From Cyanophora paradoxa CCMP329 (lineage: Eukaryota > Plantae > Glaucophyta), in the NCBI GenBank assembly GCA_004431415.1, contig QPMI01000475.1, forward strand, positions 1-64,000: a DNA stretch of 64,000 bases, in the 5' to 3' direction. A program made the position numbers and the translations under genes. The number at the start of each line of letters is the position of its first letter. Position 1 is the stretch's first letter. The notes under the pieces were generated by a model. It made no database searches and was not told the origin of the DNA. It saw nothing but the letters and a program-made list of their open reading frames with translations. This document shows positions 42,368 through 55,543 of the stretch, piece after piece.

Positions 42368-43300
42368 CGTGTATACAGCCAACAGGCCGTCTCCCGCGGG
42401 ATTGGCATTTCCTGAAAAGCAAATGACTCGTGAACCCGCCCGCAGACGACTGGAAAACAGCTGGTTTGTCTTGAATGCGAAGCTCGCGTTCGCAAGAAGA
42501 TACTCCGTTATTCCACAATCGGAAATCACATATATCCAGCCATCGCCCTTTGAGTCTGTACAAAACCCAGATCCGAGAAATTCGCCTGACGTCGACGTTC
42601 CAGATGGACATTGCGGACCGAAAGAATTTCGATAACCATTGCCTGGACGCCATAAGGTCACGCCGTAGTCTTCAGGAATAATCATCGCCGAGGCATCTGG
42701 AACCCAGAAGAGGCTGCCCACGTTTTTCGAACTCCCTGCGCCTCTGGCAATGGAATATAGAAGGCGCTTGCCGGAATCCCAGATATTTAAACGACTGGCG
42801 ACAATATTGATGTTAGGATCGTTCTCAACGCATAGAGCGGCCAGTAGTCCATTTGAAGAAATTGCAATGTTTTCAACCTGCACACCGATTGATCGTATGC
42901 ATGCGCCCGTTCAAATTGCAAAAACGCACCTTGCTTATTTGGTAAACGGAACCCTCAGAGATTGTAGCGACAAGCTCAAGGTGAAGCTGAAGCTTGTCCT
43001 TGACATTTGTGAAGCGCCAGGTAACGTTGTAGAAGAATATTCCTGCATCCTGAACACTCCACGGCAGTCCTCCCACGGCGAGATATGAGCTGTCTGGGCT
43101 GAATGACAAGGCCAACACAGGGAATGGGCGCCATTGTATGGCTGCGATCTGAGAGCCATCGCTTGAGTTCCACAGACGAACCCAAGAATCTTGACTCCCT
43201 GAAGCTATCAAGTTCCCATCGGGAGAGATTGCAATTGCGTTGACTCGCTGAGTGTGTCCAAGAAGTATCGCCAGCTGTGTCCAGCGAGCTGTTGTGTATC
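42368..43300 (-). pseudogene. WD40-repeat gene fragment truncated by the outer element
   Basis: IASGSQDSWVRLWN...VLALSFSPDSSYLAVG; the reading frame runs into the element terminus at 42367. Confidence 0.6.
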
Positions 43301-44445
43301 GATATCGATATCATAAATATATATAAGATTACTTGCATGATATGAGCGGTCTTATAGATTATGCATGCGCATATATAAGCTCAAGCAGGATCCTGACCTG
43401 CGGCCGTCGGACTCCCTTGAAGAGGTGCCGGCGTCGGTGACGGTGGATCAGGATATCGATCCGTACGCGTGTTTTCAGATTGCAATTGCGTGCGCCCTGG
43501 GCCGATGCCGAAGCTTAAGCCCGGTCTTGCACGGGCAGCGCTAGCGGTAGCTTCCATATAAATAGTCTTCGAATTCGAGGCCGGCGTTGCCGCATGCGCA
43601 AGTGCGCTCAACGTTAACGCAACCGAAATTTGAATGCATATGGCTAGCGCTGCAACTGTATACGTACGTATACATATACATGCATGCGCATATTCATCTT
43701 TGCATGCGCGCGTACGATCTGGATCTCGAGCTCTAGATCTAGCTACGAATACGGGAGCATACACAGATCTAGATCTCGCGATCGCGATCGACGCTAACTT
43801 AAGCTTTCGATTGCGAAGCCGTCGACGTCGGCCGCGGGCTGTATACGTAGCTAACTTTAACGCAGACATCAATCGGCTCGCGATCGGAAGAACGTTGAAT
43901 TGGGAACTGCAGCTGCGGATCGCTAGACTCTGAGATTATATATATAAAGCTAAGCGCGCGCGCGGCATGACTCTCATGCCATGATCATATGCATGATGAT
44001 CATCCCGCATGCGCAGTGCGCATAATATGATCATGATAGCTGATCATGACTCATGATCAGTGACTCTAGATGTGAGCTGCGCTGCATCTGTCTAGATCTG
44101 GAGTCTCTAGACTCGAGACTCTATCGATATCTGCAGCGACTATCATATCTGCAAATGTGCAGCTACTATAGTACATGATGTGTACATCATAGTATATATA
44201 TCGCCGAGCACGTGATTGATCAGCTCAGATCATCGGATTCACTGACTCAAGTGATCGTGAGTCATGCCTGATCGATATCAGCTGCAGCTGCAGGCTGCAG
44301 CCTTGCATGGCGCCGGCCGCCCGGCCGCGCGGCCCCGGCGCGGCGGCCTATAGCTAGTTCCACTACCGTACGCGTAGTACCGGGCCACTACTACCGGCCG
44401 CGCGCCGGGCCGCGGACTGTACAAGTACAGTAGTAGTACTGAGCA

Positions 44446-44705
44446 CTGTAAAACGAGAAATGCATATGTCCGGCGTCACTTTATTTCGGCAAAACCCGAA
44501 TTGCGCCGAAATTGTGGTTCATCCGCATCATATTTTCGGCGGCACAGCCAGTCCGCCTGGGCGACGGGTACATTGACCCCTCTCCTGCCATACATCTGCA
44601 CAATTCTGGCAGAAGCAAATATTCGGCGCCGCGGCCGGGGCTACGCCGAAAATTAAAAGCGCCGAATATTAAGTTCTGCCGGACATTTCTCGTTAAATTT
44701 AACAG
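44446..44705. mobile_element. Degenerate MITE-like element
   Basis: Imperfect TIRs CTGT..AACGAGAAATG..TCCGGC / GCCGGACATTTCTCGTT..ACAG; internal TTCGGC/GCCGAA repeats. Confidence 0.5.
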
Positions 44706-45169
44706 TACATGTGCTGAGAATTCGAATCGGCCGATCATCGGATCGCGATTCGCGATTCACGTCGATTTCACGATCAGATTCGCGTTAAATGATCGGCCCG
44801 GCGGCGAAGATCGCATTCGCCGATGATTCGCGATACTATATATGAAGTTTGATTCAAATTCATAGCGATCGCGACGGAGATTTGATGAGTCCATTTTGAG
44901 ATCGCGAATCGCGATTCGCGCAATCGCGAAGTTTATTTAATTTGCATGCAATATTAATTGCAATTGCAACTTGCAAGACTCCGAGACTCGGAGTCGGCGA
45001 TCGAATTCGAAGCGCCGCGGCGCAGCTGCCACTGCCTGCCAGTGCGCGCGTATATACGTACGATTCATGGCCATGGATGCGCCGCATCATGCATATGGCA
45101 TGCCGCATGAGGCCCGCATCGATACCGTAACAGTATTATCGTTATAATTAATTATATCCGATGATCGTA

Positions 45170-45427
45170 CCGTAAAACACAATATTAATGCGCTCAATAT
45201 TAATGCGTTTTTGGACCCGGACCCCTCGTATGGCTAATAATGCGCCCCCAAATTAATGCGTTTTTACGCTTTCTCGCCTGCATAAGGGGGGTACTGAGTC
45301 CTACTGTCTGCAGTTTCTTAGCGTTCTGTTATTAATGCGCCCCCAAATTAATGCGTTTTGACGGCAAAAAACGCATTAATTTGGGGGCGCATTAATATTA
45401 TGCGCGCATTAATATTCTGCTTTACGG
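45170..45427. mobile_element. Tc2/pogo-type MITE (258 bp)
   Basis: TA|CCGTAAA.CA.AATATTAATGCGC ... GCGCATTAATATT.TG.TTTACGG|TA: TA duplication, CCGTA termini and internal ATTAATGCG repeats. Confidence 0.75.
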
Positions 45428-46975
45428 TAGGTTACGGAACTTACGGACCAAGTTACTGTACGCGCCGTGTACGGTACGCATGCGCACTACGGAGTCTCGA
45501 GTCTACGGTACATACGCGCACGATCGCGACGATCATCGTCGATTCATCGCATCGGCCGATCGACTTGTTGAGATTCTTGAGAATCGAATCGGCTAGCGCT
45601 GAGAGTCATATCCGGATTCCGGAGTCCGGCGGCTCCGGCCCGGCGGACCGGACTCGGGATGCGCGGAGTTGAGAATTCGAATCGGCCGATCGACGATCGC
45701 GAACTTGAATTCGAATCAGATTCGATTCGCGATCGGCGAAAATCGCGATACCGTGGAAGACTTAATTATAATTAGCGTTGGTAATTTGGACTTAATTATA
45801 ATTAGCGCAAATTACCGCGCGGCGCCCGCGTTCTAAAACTTAAAATTGCAAATTAATATTACCGCGGTAATTTGGTACTACTAAATTGGTAGCGCATGCG
45901 CAGCGGTTGTACGTACGTATACGTCTTTTGCGGTAATTTCGTACCGCGCCAAATCAAGGCGCAGAATTTAAGTTTTACATGCACCAGTACACCGTACTAG
46001 ATATCCGATTCATTGCGATCGCGAGATTCGCGACGCGACGTCGTCGTCACGTCGACCGCGATCATTGGATCGAATCCGATCGATCCGGCCGCCGGCCCCG
46101 GCGCCGGCGGGCCGCGCGCAGAATCGCCGCAGATGCAAATTAACACTACAGCTACGTAAACGATTGGAGATAATTGTGAAATAAATACGATCCCGCAAAT
46201 CAATGAAATCATGCCGCAGTGCGGGGGGCCGCGCCGCCGCGCCGCCGCGGCCTGCGGTCCTGGGCCCCTGGCTGCGGATCACGCGGATCATGATCATGAC
46301 TCAGTGATCATGGTCGACGTGCCGCAAAACTTGCGGCAAAAGGGCAGTCAAAAGGAGTACAAAAGCTGGCAGAGCTCGAGGTGGGTACAAAAGGAGAACG
46401 TACAAAAGCTGGATCACAGAGTCAAGGGCAGGCAACGTTAACAGGACAGTCAAAGGGATCACAAAAGCTGGCTAAGGTGGGCTGTCGAACTGCAAACGAC
46501 GGCGAACTATAGGTCGAGCGCGAGGACTGATTATCATAGTACATATACAGCCGGCAAAGCAGATCTAGAGGACAAAAAGAGAAGTCGGAATTCGAAGATA
46601 GTCACGGTCGGAAGAAGAAGCCTCTAGAGGACCAATTGCAAGGTCACGGGCCGGAAGTCGATCCGGGTGATTCCGGGATCCGGTCTCCTGGGGAGCGGGG
46701 AAGGGAGGTCACATATCATGCCCCGGCGCACGCTGTCATGGCTCTCGAGCTCTCCGAGTAGCACAGGTCATCCTCAGGGCCTGCATGAGAAGCCTCCATC
46801 CGGTCTCTCGGAGTGGCTTAACGTGATCTGCCGAGAGCGCCTGCTCGCCCCGTAATGATCACCGCGGGCGGCGGATCTAGCCACGCAGGCGGCGCCCACC
46901 TCGGGGAGCCGCCACGGAACCGGAAGCAGGAGATTGCACGGCAGAGCAGAAAGGACCGCTGGGCCCCGCCGCCCC

Positions 46976-47899
46976 TCACCGGACGCGGGTCATGCTGAGG
47001 ACGAGGACGTCGTCGGGGCTGACCGCCGGCTCCCCCTCCCCCTCCCCCTCGGCGGCGAGGCGGGGCGCCGGCCCGGCGCCAGGCCCGGCGCTGGGCCCGG
47101 CGGCCCCCGCGACGGCGCGCCACTTGAAGCTCTCGGCGAGGAGCTCGAAGAAGGGGCCGCAGTCGACGTCCCGCGCGTGGTACGCCAGCAGCACCTCCGT
47201 CTGAGCTCGAGGGGCGTCGGATTGTGAGCCACGGGCAAGACAGCGGAGCGGGGCGGGGCGGGGCGGGGGCACCTTGCCCGGGGTGGAGAGGGCGCGCATG
47301 GTGCGGGCGAGGGGCGCGAAGAGGGACTCGTGGTACACGCAGTCGGCCGCGAGGACGAGGTCGAAGGGGGGCCGGGCGCGCGCGAAGGCGGCGGCGGAGC
47401 GCGTCCAGTCGAGCTCGGCGACCTCGACGTTGAAGGCGGCGGGGTTCGCCTCCACGTTGGCCCGCAGGTTCTCCAGCGCCAGGTCCTTGTCCGTCAGGAC
47501 CGCCCGCGCGCCCAGGCACGCCGCCGCGATCCCGCACAGGCCCGTCCCCGCCCCGAGCTCTGCAGCGCCGTCGATTATATATGATCAGTGATGCCCCACG
47601 CCGAAAGCGCGGCCCGCGGCAGCTGCAGCGGCGCATCGACGCGGCCGGCGCGGCGAGGCGAAGCGCACCAAGGACGTGCTTGCCGATCAGGCAGCCGGGG
47701 CGCGCCCGTGCGAGCTCCTCGACATAGCGCGCCAGCCGCACGGCTCCCTCCCACAGCCGTCCGCCGGGCCCCGCGTTCACGGGATTCTCGAGCACCTGCC
47801 GCGCCGTTAGACGTTGAGCGGGAAGAGCCGCGCAATCGCGTCAGCCACGCAGGAGTGCACCTGCAGCGGAGCGCCGAAGAGCTCGAAAGTGGTCGGCAT
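46976..47899 (-). CDS. METTL21/family-16 protein-lysine methyltransferase (spliced)
   Basis: GGRLWEGAVRLARY, VL|ELGAGTGLCGI, AVLTD and DLVLAADCVY across short introns. Confidence 0.85.
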
Positions 47900-48152
47900 C
47901 GCCCTGCGCAACGCCTCCCGCGCGCCCAGGCGACGGTTTCACCGCCTCCGCAAGCTGCAGATGCTTCCTGTGACGCAGCGAGATGCGGCGACGGCTTCAG
48001 ACTCAAGTTCAGAGTTCGAGCGGGGGTACGTGCAACTCGGGCGCATGAGCGCGAGGAGCGCCGAGCCGCCGGCGCCGCCGCCGGACAGTGCGGGCGCCGT
48101 GGAGCTTAGCAAGTCTAGGAGGGCCCGCAGGGCGCCGCGGCCGGCGCCGGAG

Positions 48153-50136
48153 ATGGAGAGCGAGTCCGGGCACGATGCGGCCAGTGACGCGCAGGAGGAC
48201 ATCGACGAGAACGAGGAGGACAGCGATTCCGAGTGCGATGTGCCCGAGCTGGCGGCGCCGTCCTCGGCGGGCACGCCATCGCGATCAGCGCCGCGACCGC
48301 ACGTCTGCCCCATAGACGGCTGCCGCGCCACGTTCAAAAAGGTCGGCAAGCTCAACAGGCACATACAGAGCCACTCCGGAGCCGTGCGCCCCCCGCCGCC
48401 GCCGCCGCGGCCTTAGCTAAGGTTTTCGAATTCTCCCGCAGCGGCCCTTCGTCTGCGAGTACGCGGGGTGCGGTAAGTCGTTCACGCGGCGCGAGCACCT
48501 CGCGCGGCACGCGCCGGCGCACACGGGCGAGCGGCCGTTCAAGTGCACGCACCCGGGCTGCCCCGCCGACTTTGCGCTCAAGACGCACCTCAACCGGCAC
48601 GCCAAGCGCCACGCGAACGCGCAGCCCTACGCCTGCGCCGAGCCCGGATGCGGCGCGACGTTCTCCAAGCACTCGCAGCTGAAGAAGCACGGCGAGCAGC
48701 AGCACGCGCGCCTCGCCCTGGAGGCCCCGGCGGACGGGCAGCCGCTCGCGCTGGCGGCGGCCCCCTCCTCCGCCTCCTCCTCGGCTCTGGTCCCGAAGGC
48801 GGATTCCAAGGGGAAGAATAAGAAGAAGCAGCACGAGTGCCACATCGAGGGCTGCGGGCAGTCCTTCCCCGCCTTCTCCGAGCTCCGGGCGCACCTCAGG
48901 GTGCGCTCCGCGGGCCCTGAAGCGGGCCCCGCCCCCCCAGTGGCCGGGCCGACCCCCCCGCAGGAGGTGCACCACGCCAACGCGGCCGTCTGCGACGCGT
49001 GCGGGAAGAAGTGCGCCCGAGGGGCCCCCACGGGCCGCCCGGCCGGCAGCGCCCGAGCCGCGCGGCTCACGGGGCGGGGCGGGGCCGGGGCAGGTTCAAC
49101 TCAGCGAGCGACATGCGGCGGCACAAGGAGGCGGTGCACTCGGACAACCCCGCCCGGGTCGTCTGCCCCCACGAGGGCTGCGGCAAAACCTTCTCCAAGG
49201 CCCGCCCTCCCGCCCGCCCGCCCGCCCGCCGGCCGCGGGGTGCGACGCGACGCGGGCGGCAGAGGGCGAACCTGAACACGCACATCAAGAACGCGCACGG
49301 CGAGGGCGCCGGGCACGTCTGCGACGCCGACGGCTGCGCCCGCGAGTTCTCCGACAAGTACACCCTCGCCCGCCACAAGAAGCAGGCAGGCCTTCGTCCC
49401 GGCCCGGCCCGGCTCGCGTCCCCGCGGGCCCTTGCTCAGGAGGCGCTCCGGGGCAGGTGCACGGGCCGGGGGAGGCGCGGCCGTTCAAGTGCGAAGTGGA
49501 CGGCTGCGGGGAGTCGTTCAAGACAAAGGGCAACCTGAACAAGCACGTGAAGGGCGTCCACGAGCGCACCGACAAGGTCAAGGTGGGCGAGGGCGGGGCG
49601 GGGCGGGGCGGGGCGGGGCGGGGCGTCCCTCCTCCCCGCTCCCCGCTCCGATTCCTGACCGAGCGCCGCGCGCGAAGCCCCGGAGGGTCCTGAGGACGGA
49701 GCTGCTGGGGCCCCGCGGGGCCGGGGGCGCCTGCGCCCTCCTCGGGTGCGCAGCGGGCCTGCCCTTCGCCCCGCACGGCCCCGACGCGGGCGGGCCGGGC
49801 AGGGACGAAGAGGAAGACGAGGACGACGCCGGGGGCGGCGGGGGCGGGGGCGGCGGGGGAGGCCGCGGGGGGGAGGAGCCGGCGTGGGACTTCGAGGAAG
49901 AGGACACGGAGTCTGAGGGCGAGGAGGAGGAGGAGGAAGAGGAGGAGGAGCCCGTGCGCCCCGCAAAGCGGAGGCGGCGCGCGGGGGAGGCCGCCCCGCC
50001 CGTCGGCCCCTCCGCTCCTGCCGCCGGCCCTCCGCCCCGCCCCGGTCCTCCTCACCCGCGGCCCCTCCCGCCCCCTCCGCCTCCTTCTCCTCGTACCCCG
50101 CCCCTGCCGCCGGCTCGTCCCCGGCGCCCTCTCTGA
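48153..50136 (+). CDS. GTF3A: Nine-finger C2H2 protein, TFIIIA-like (spliced)
   Basis: Nine C2H2 fingers (mostly CxxxGC) reconstructed across introns, HTGERPF linker and acidic tail; start uncertain. Confidence 0.72.
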
Positions 50137-50954
50137 CCGGGCCCGCCCCGGCTCCGCCCCCGGCCTCCTCGAAGCTTCTCCCCAAAGGCCCCCCGCCCCC
50201 GCCCGCTCCGAGCCGCCCCCTCCCGCCCCGCCCCCGAAGCCCCGGCACCAACGCCCCGCCCGCCCCGCACCGCTCCCATCGTCCCGCCCGCCCCGCCCGC
50301 CCCGTTCCCCCGCGGGCGCCACCGCACCCGCCGAGTCGCCCGCTCCGGCGCCGGCGCCCGCTCCCATCGCTCCCCCTTCGCAACAGGCGCCGGCGGCGGG
50401 GGCGGCGGCCGTGCAGCGAATCGGGGCGCCCGGCGCGCCGGGGCCGGAGGCCCCGCAGGCGCAGGCGCCCCCCTCCTCGAGGACCGCCGATTATATGTAC
50501 GGGGACGAGGAAGAGCAGGCCTAGCTAGCCGTGGGCCCACGCGAATCGATAGGAAATCCAAGCTGGAATATTGATTGAATGCATCGTATATGGACGGACA
50601 TTCGGGCAGGCGCATGCACAGAGTGGCGGCAATATCTATATGCCACTGACAAGCATGTGGCGCTGCGGATTGGCGCGACCTCGAGCTACTTATACAGCTA
50701 AACACTTACTGAGCCTCGACGAGCTGGCATTGAAAAGGACACGTACACCGGGATTGCCGGAAGCCTAAAAGGAACCTACAAACTCTCAAATAACACAAGT
50801 GCGGCCTTCTAAAATGGTGAAATGGGCCAGAAGCTGGCCGACCGATTGAAATCGAAGGCCGATGAGACGGCAAAATTGCGCCCCTTTTGGGGGGGTGAGC
50901 GGGGCAGCCGATAAGGGGGAGCTCGATCGGCGCCCCGGGCTGTGTCAGCTGCCC

Positions 50955-52175
50955 CTAGGCCTCGTGCTGCTCTTGTTCTTGTACCTGAAGATGGGGACGC
51001 GACGGCGGCGCGGCGCGGCCGTCGATCAGCAGCGCGCGGGGCCCGGGGGCGGGGCGGGGCGGGGCGGGGCGCACAGGATGCATATGATGGTGACGGTGGC
51101 GATGAGGATGGCGATGACGAGCAGCGCCGTCCAGTTGCGGAGGCGCGCGGTCCGCCTCTCCCGCACCGCCACCCGCTGCAGCGTCGCAAGCTGCGCGCGC
51201 GTCGGGCCGGGCCGGGCGGGGCGAGGGGCGGGGGCGGGGGCGGGGGCGGGGGCGGACCTCCTCGGGGCTGAGGGCGTGCACCTCGGAGGCGGGGGGGATC
51301 TCGATGTCGACGGGTACGGCGGGCGTGATCCAGGACTTGCCGAGCTCGGAGGCCTGGAGGAAGCGCTCGGCCCGGCGCCGCTTCTTCGCGGCGCACGGGT
51401 TGTTCCGCTCGTTGAACGAGTCCACGAGCTGCTGCACGAGCGCGTCCCGCGCCACCCCCGTGATCTTCGTCCGGCACCGCGGGCACTCCTCGTAGTTCTT
51501 GCGCCACTCCAGCAGGCACGGCCCGTCGAACGTGTGGCTGCACGGCGACACTACCCTCCCCGGAATCAGAGCGCTGCCGGCGCGCCGCGGAACCGCGGCC
51601 CGCACCCGTCACGCAGTAGCTGAGCAGGTCGTTGCAGAGGCTGCAGATGAGCGCCTCCTGCAGCACGGGGTCCGTCTGCGGAGCGCGCGCGCGCCGCCGC
51701 GTCAGGAGCGCGCCGCGAAGGGCGCGGCGCGGCGGCCGGGCCTCGGGATCGAGCGTCGAGTGGCCGTCCCTCGCTGCTTCGTGGATGTACTTGAGGACGT
51801 TGTGCTGCGCGCGGGCGGGCCGCATGAGATGCGCCGCCCGCCGGGGGAGCCAGCCGCCCGCACCCGTATCAGGCCCAGCGTCTCCTCCTCCTCCACGCGC
51901 TTCACGTAGAACACCTTCTTCCTCCGCTCGTTCTCGCGGGGGACCACCACGACTTGCCTGCCGCCCGCGCGCGAATCAGCACTGCGGTAAGCGCGGGCCT
52001 CGCGCCCAGCCGCGGTCAGCGCCGGCGGTCGTGTGCTCGCCTGATCTTGAGTCCGAGGCTCTTCAGCGCGCGCGCCACAGTGAGGAAGAGCCCGGGCGTG
52101 CCCCCGCCCCCGTCCGTAAAAAGCAACCGGCTGCAACCCGCTGAGGCAGTCTGACGCAGACTGTGAGCTTTGCAT
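50955..52175 (-). CDS. RING-finger protein (spliced)
   Basis: LICSLCNDLL...PCSHTFDGPCLLEW....ECPRCR; start uncertain. Confidence 0.7.
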
Positions 52176-52274
52176 CGGCTTCGCCACTTTCCCAGCGCTG
52201 GCAGCATCGATGGAGGGCTAGCCCCGAACCCCGAGACGCACAGTCAGCGAGCAACGTCGACGCGGCTCGTCGGT

Positions 52275-53057
52275 ATGGCCCAGAACGAAGCACTGGAGCG
52301 GCTCGAGCGCGAGGTGGCGCGCGAGCTTGCGGCGTTGCGGGCGATACCCACTTCGGACGGGCCCGCGACGGAGACAGCGCTGAGGACTGCCGCGGCTGCT
52401 CTGGACCGCTTGCGGTCTCTCGCCGCAGAGGCGGCCGCAGGCGGCCGGCAAAGTCCGCTGCAGCGGGTCCGCATGTACGCATCTGACACGCTGACCGGCG
52501 CCTGGTCTGCAGCTGCGACTGACATCGCACGCCAGGGCTGAGGAGGAGCTCCAGGGGCGGCGAATGCAGCTGCAGCAGGCGCGAGCAGTCGCAGAGGCGG
52601 CAGCGAGGGCGCGCCTGCTCGGGCCGGCGTCAGGCAGGTCGAGCGCCGGGGCGCGGGAGGAGGAGCAGTACGCCGCCGACGTGGAGGACGCGGACGAGTC
52701 GGCCGGCCTGCTTCGCGAGCAGCGCGTCTCGTCCAAGGTCGGCCGTGCGCGGGCGGCGCTGGCGCTGGCCGAGGGCATCGCCGGCGCGACGGTTGCCGAG
52801 CTGGATCGGCACGGCGAGCGCCTGGGGCGCACGCGCCAGAAGCTGGAGACGGCGGGGGAGCGCCTGGGGTGCGCCGGACACCCCTCGCGGCTCCCTCCTC
52901 CTCTTGAGGCTCAGCCGGCGCGGGCAGGGCGCACCAGAGGCGGACGCGGGAGGCCGTGGCGGGCTCCCGCGTGGAGCGGAGGAAGCTCCTGGCCGGGGCC
53001 GCCGTGCTCGTGCTCGTCTGCCTCATCGCCGCCTGGTGGCGCTGGCGCGACCGGTAG
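52275..53057 (+). CDS. Vti1-like Qb-SNARE (spliced)
   Basis: Helical N-terminus, SNARE-like AEGIAGATVAELDRHGERLGRTRQKL and C-terminal TM segment AVLVLVCLIAAWW. Confidence 0.65.
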
Positions 53058-53442
53058 CTATAGCTCCGCTCCGGGCCAGGCCGGGCGAGGACGCCGCCTC
53101 CGCCGGGCGCCGCCTCAGTAGTAGTAGGAGCGTTAGACAGCCGCAGTTCAACGGTTTGAAATCGATGCACAGGAATTCATTTAACAGCAAATCACAGAAT
53201 CTCATGAAACGCAAGGCGCTGCGAGCTGTCTGTGTACATCAGAGCAAACTTGAAGCTACGAGGGCCCGCGGGGTACCCGCCAGCTCAAGTATGCGACCCG
53301 AACTTGAAATCTAAAGGACTAGACTGCTAGCGAACTGACCCGGCAGCTGCATCCGCAGCCGCGCACTGCCGCTGACCCATACCATGGATCGAAATACGAA
53401 AACGCGGAGTCTCTACCGTCTCCGAGGCGCAAGCCGGCGCGC

Positions 53443-55305
53443 TCACAGCGCGAGCAGGCGGGGCGCCGGCGCCGCCGCGAATCTCCGGGGCGTGGCCGAC
53501 GGAGCGGGGCCGGCGGGGCGCGGGGCCACGAAGGCGGCGGCGCGGGGCCCACGCGAGCTCCAGGGGGCGGAGGCGGAGGCGGAGGGCCCGGCGGAGGCGG
53601 CGCGGCGGGCCTCGGCCTCGCGGATGCGGCGGCGGCGGGCCTTCATGACGGGCCGGACGGCCTCGTAGACGGAGAAGAGGACGGCGGCCATGGGTCCCAG
53701 GTACCCGATGCGCGGCAGGATCCCCTTCGAGAGCGCGATCGGGCCCTCCTCCTTCACGATCCGCGCGAAGCAGTCCCCGATCCCCTGCGCCCGCCCCGCC
53801 CCGCCGCCGGCGTCAGCTTGGGACTTTAGCCCCGGCGCGCGCCGCGCTGCGCCCGCCCGCTCGCCTTGTACTTGTTCGGGTCGTCGGCGCGCTGCGTCAT
53901 CAGCCGGGTCTTCACGACGTCCACGGGGGTCTGCGGGGCGCGCGTAGTGTCGGCATTGGGAGGAAGCCCTGCCGCGCGAGGGCGAGAGGGCCTCGCGCGT
54001 ACCATCATCGCCGCGGCGAGGGCCCCAGAGACGCCTGGGCGGGCGGTCACGGGCCGGGGCGGGAGGGGGGGGGGGGGGGGGGGGGGGGGTACGCGGACCG
54101 CCGAGGGCGAGGTTTTCGGGCTTGGCGAGGGTGCGCCCCCCCACAAAGGCCTCGTACATCCCCTTGAACTGCTCGAAGAAGACGAACGCCAGCGTGTTGT
54201 ACGGCACTGGAAAAGAGGGGGGATGAGTCCGGGAGGGGTACGCGGGTCGGAGCCTGAGCCTACCGTCGCGCATGAACTGGGAGGCTGCGCCGACGTAGAG
54301 GCCCCGCGGGAAGCCGTCCGTCTTGATCAGGTCCGTCGCCACCGCCAACGCGTTGGGGTACAGGTCCGCCTGCCCCCAGTCGACGCGGGAACGGGGGGGG
54401 GGGGGGCGGAATGCATGTGTACCTGGACGCGCTGCTTGAGGATTTCTTGGGGTACGCGGAAGGTGAGGGCGCAGGTGGCGCCCACTGCGCCGGCCACGAG
54501 CTGAACGACTCCTCGGTTCGAAATGACGTCACCCAGCTGCGCCCCGGCTCGGGAGGAGGTACAGGGTACCGGGCGGGCCGGGGGTACCTTGTCCTTGACG
54601 GTCTCGTAGGAAAGGAACTGCGCGGCGCCGGAGGGGACGGAGAGGACAACGCAAGGAATGATGCCTGGCGGCCGCGCTCAGGCGTGGGGCGGCGGCGAGG
54701 CGGGAGGGGCGGCGCCGCACCCTTCGCGAACGTGCCGAGCGACAGCGCGGTCTTGATCGTCTTCGCTTGCCGCCGGGTGCGGAGGACGTCCATCGGGTGC
54801 AGCAGCGTCTGGGCAAGGCCGCGCCTGCGCCCGCCGCGAAGGGTCAGCCGCCGCCGCGGCGCAGCGCGCTAATCTGGCCCCGATAGACTCGTTTCTTTCC
54901 GCTCTAGCGCGCGGCCGCAAGTCCCCGCCGCGAGCACTGATCGGGCTTGGGGGGCGCTCACGCAATTGAGCCGCAAATTACGTTGTCCGTGTGCGTTAGC
55001 TGCCGGAAAATCGTGCGCACTGTCAGATAAGCTGGAGCGCGCGCAGCGCGTGCTGGAGGAGCCTGGCGGATAGCTAGGCACGCCCCGCAGCCCGCGCCGA
55101 TCGCGCGCGCAGCCCCGCGCCGGCTCATTGCATATGGGGCGCGCATGAAGTGAGCTAACTGTACCTGCACATCGTCGTCCGCGGCGGCGGGTGCGGGTGT
55201 CGGTGCTGGCGCCGCGGCGGGCTTGGCCCCCGCGGCCACGAACATCACTTGAACTCGGCCAGTATCGCCGAACTGCCGCTGCCGCCGCCTGGGAGCCATT
55301 TCCAT
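53443..55305 (-). CDS. Mitochondrial carrier family protein (SAM-carrier-like, spliced)
   Basis: Px[DE]xx[KR] motifs HPMDVLRTRRQ, VPQEILKQR and TPVDVVKTRLM; KGILPRIGYLGP. Confidence 0.85.
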
Positions 55306-55543
55306 CGCCGACAAATCGATCGGAGGGGTACGCACAATCTCAAAGCCCAAAAGCAGACTAGCTGCTCTCGCCGCCCACCGCACTCTCTGGTGGGCCAGCA
55401 ACAGGCGCGGTGACCTGCAGCAGCCTGCAATTCCTGGGACCTGCCCGCAGCTCCCAGCCCCCGGCACCCCGCGAGCCGTTCTCCTGGGCATCCAGGCAGC
55501 GGCCGCGTCCTCTCATTGAAGCTCGTCACGTAGCTTGCTAGAA

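Noticed and set aside
46320-46660. CAAAAGCTGG/GTCAAAG short repeats as an LTR or element end
   Set aside because: No partner repeat, TSD or coding remnant is visible.
53443-55305. Functional link between the host SAM-carrier-like/methyltransferase genes and viral AdoMetDC
   Set aside because: Proximity only; nothing in the sequence supports a connection.
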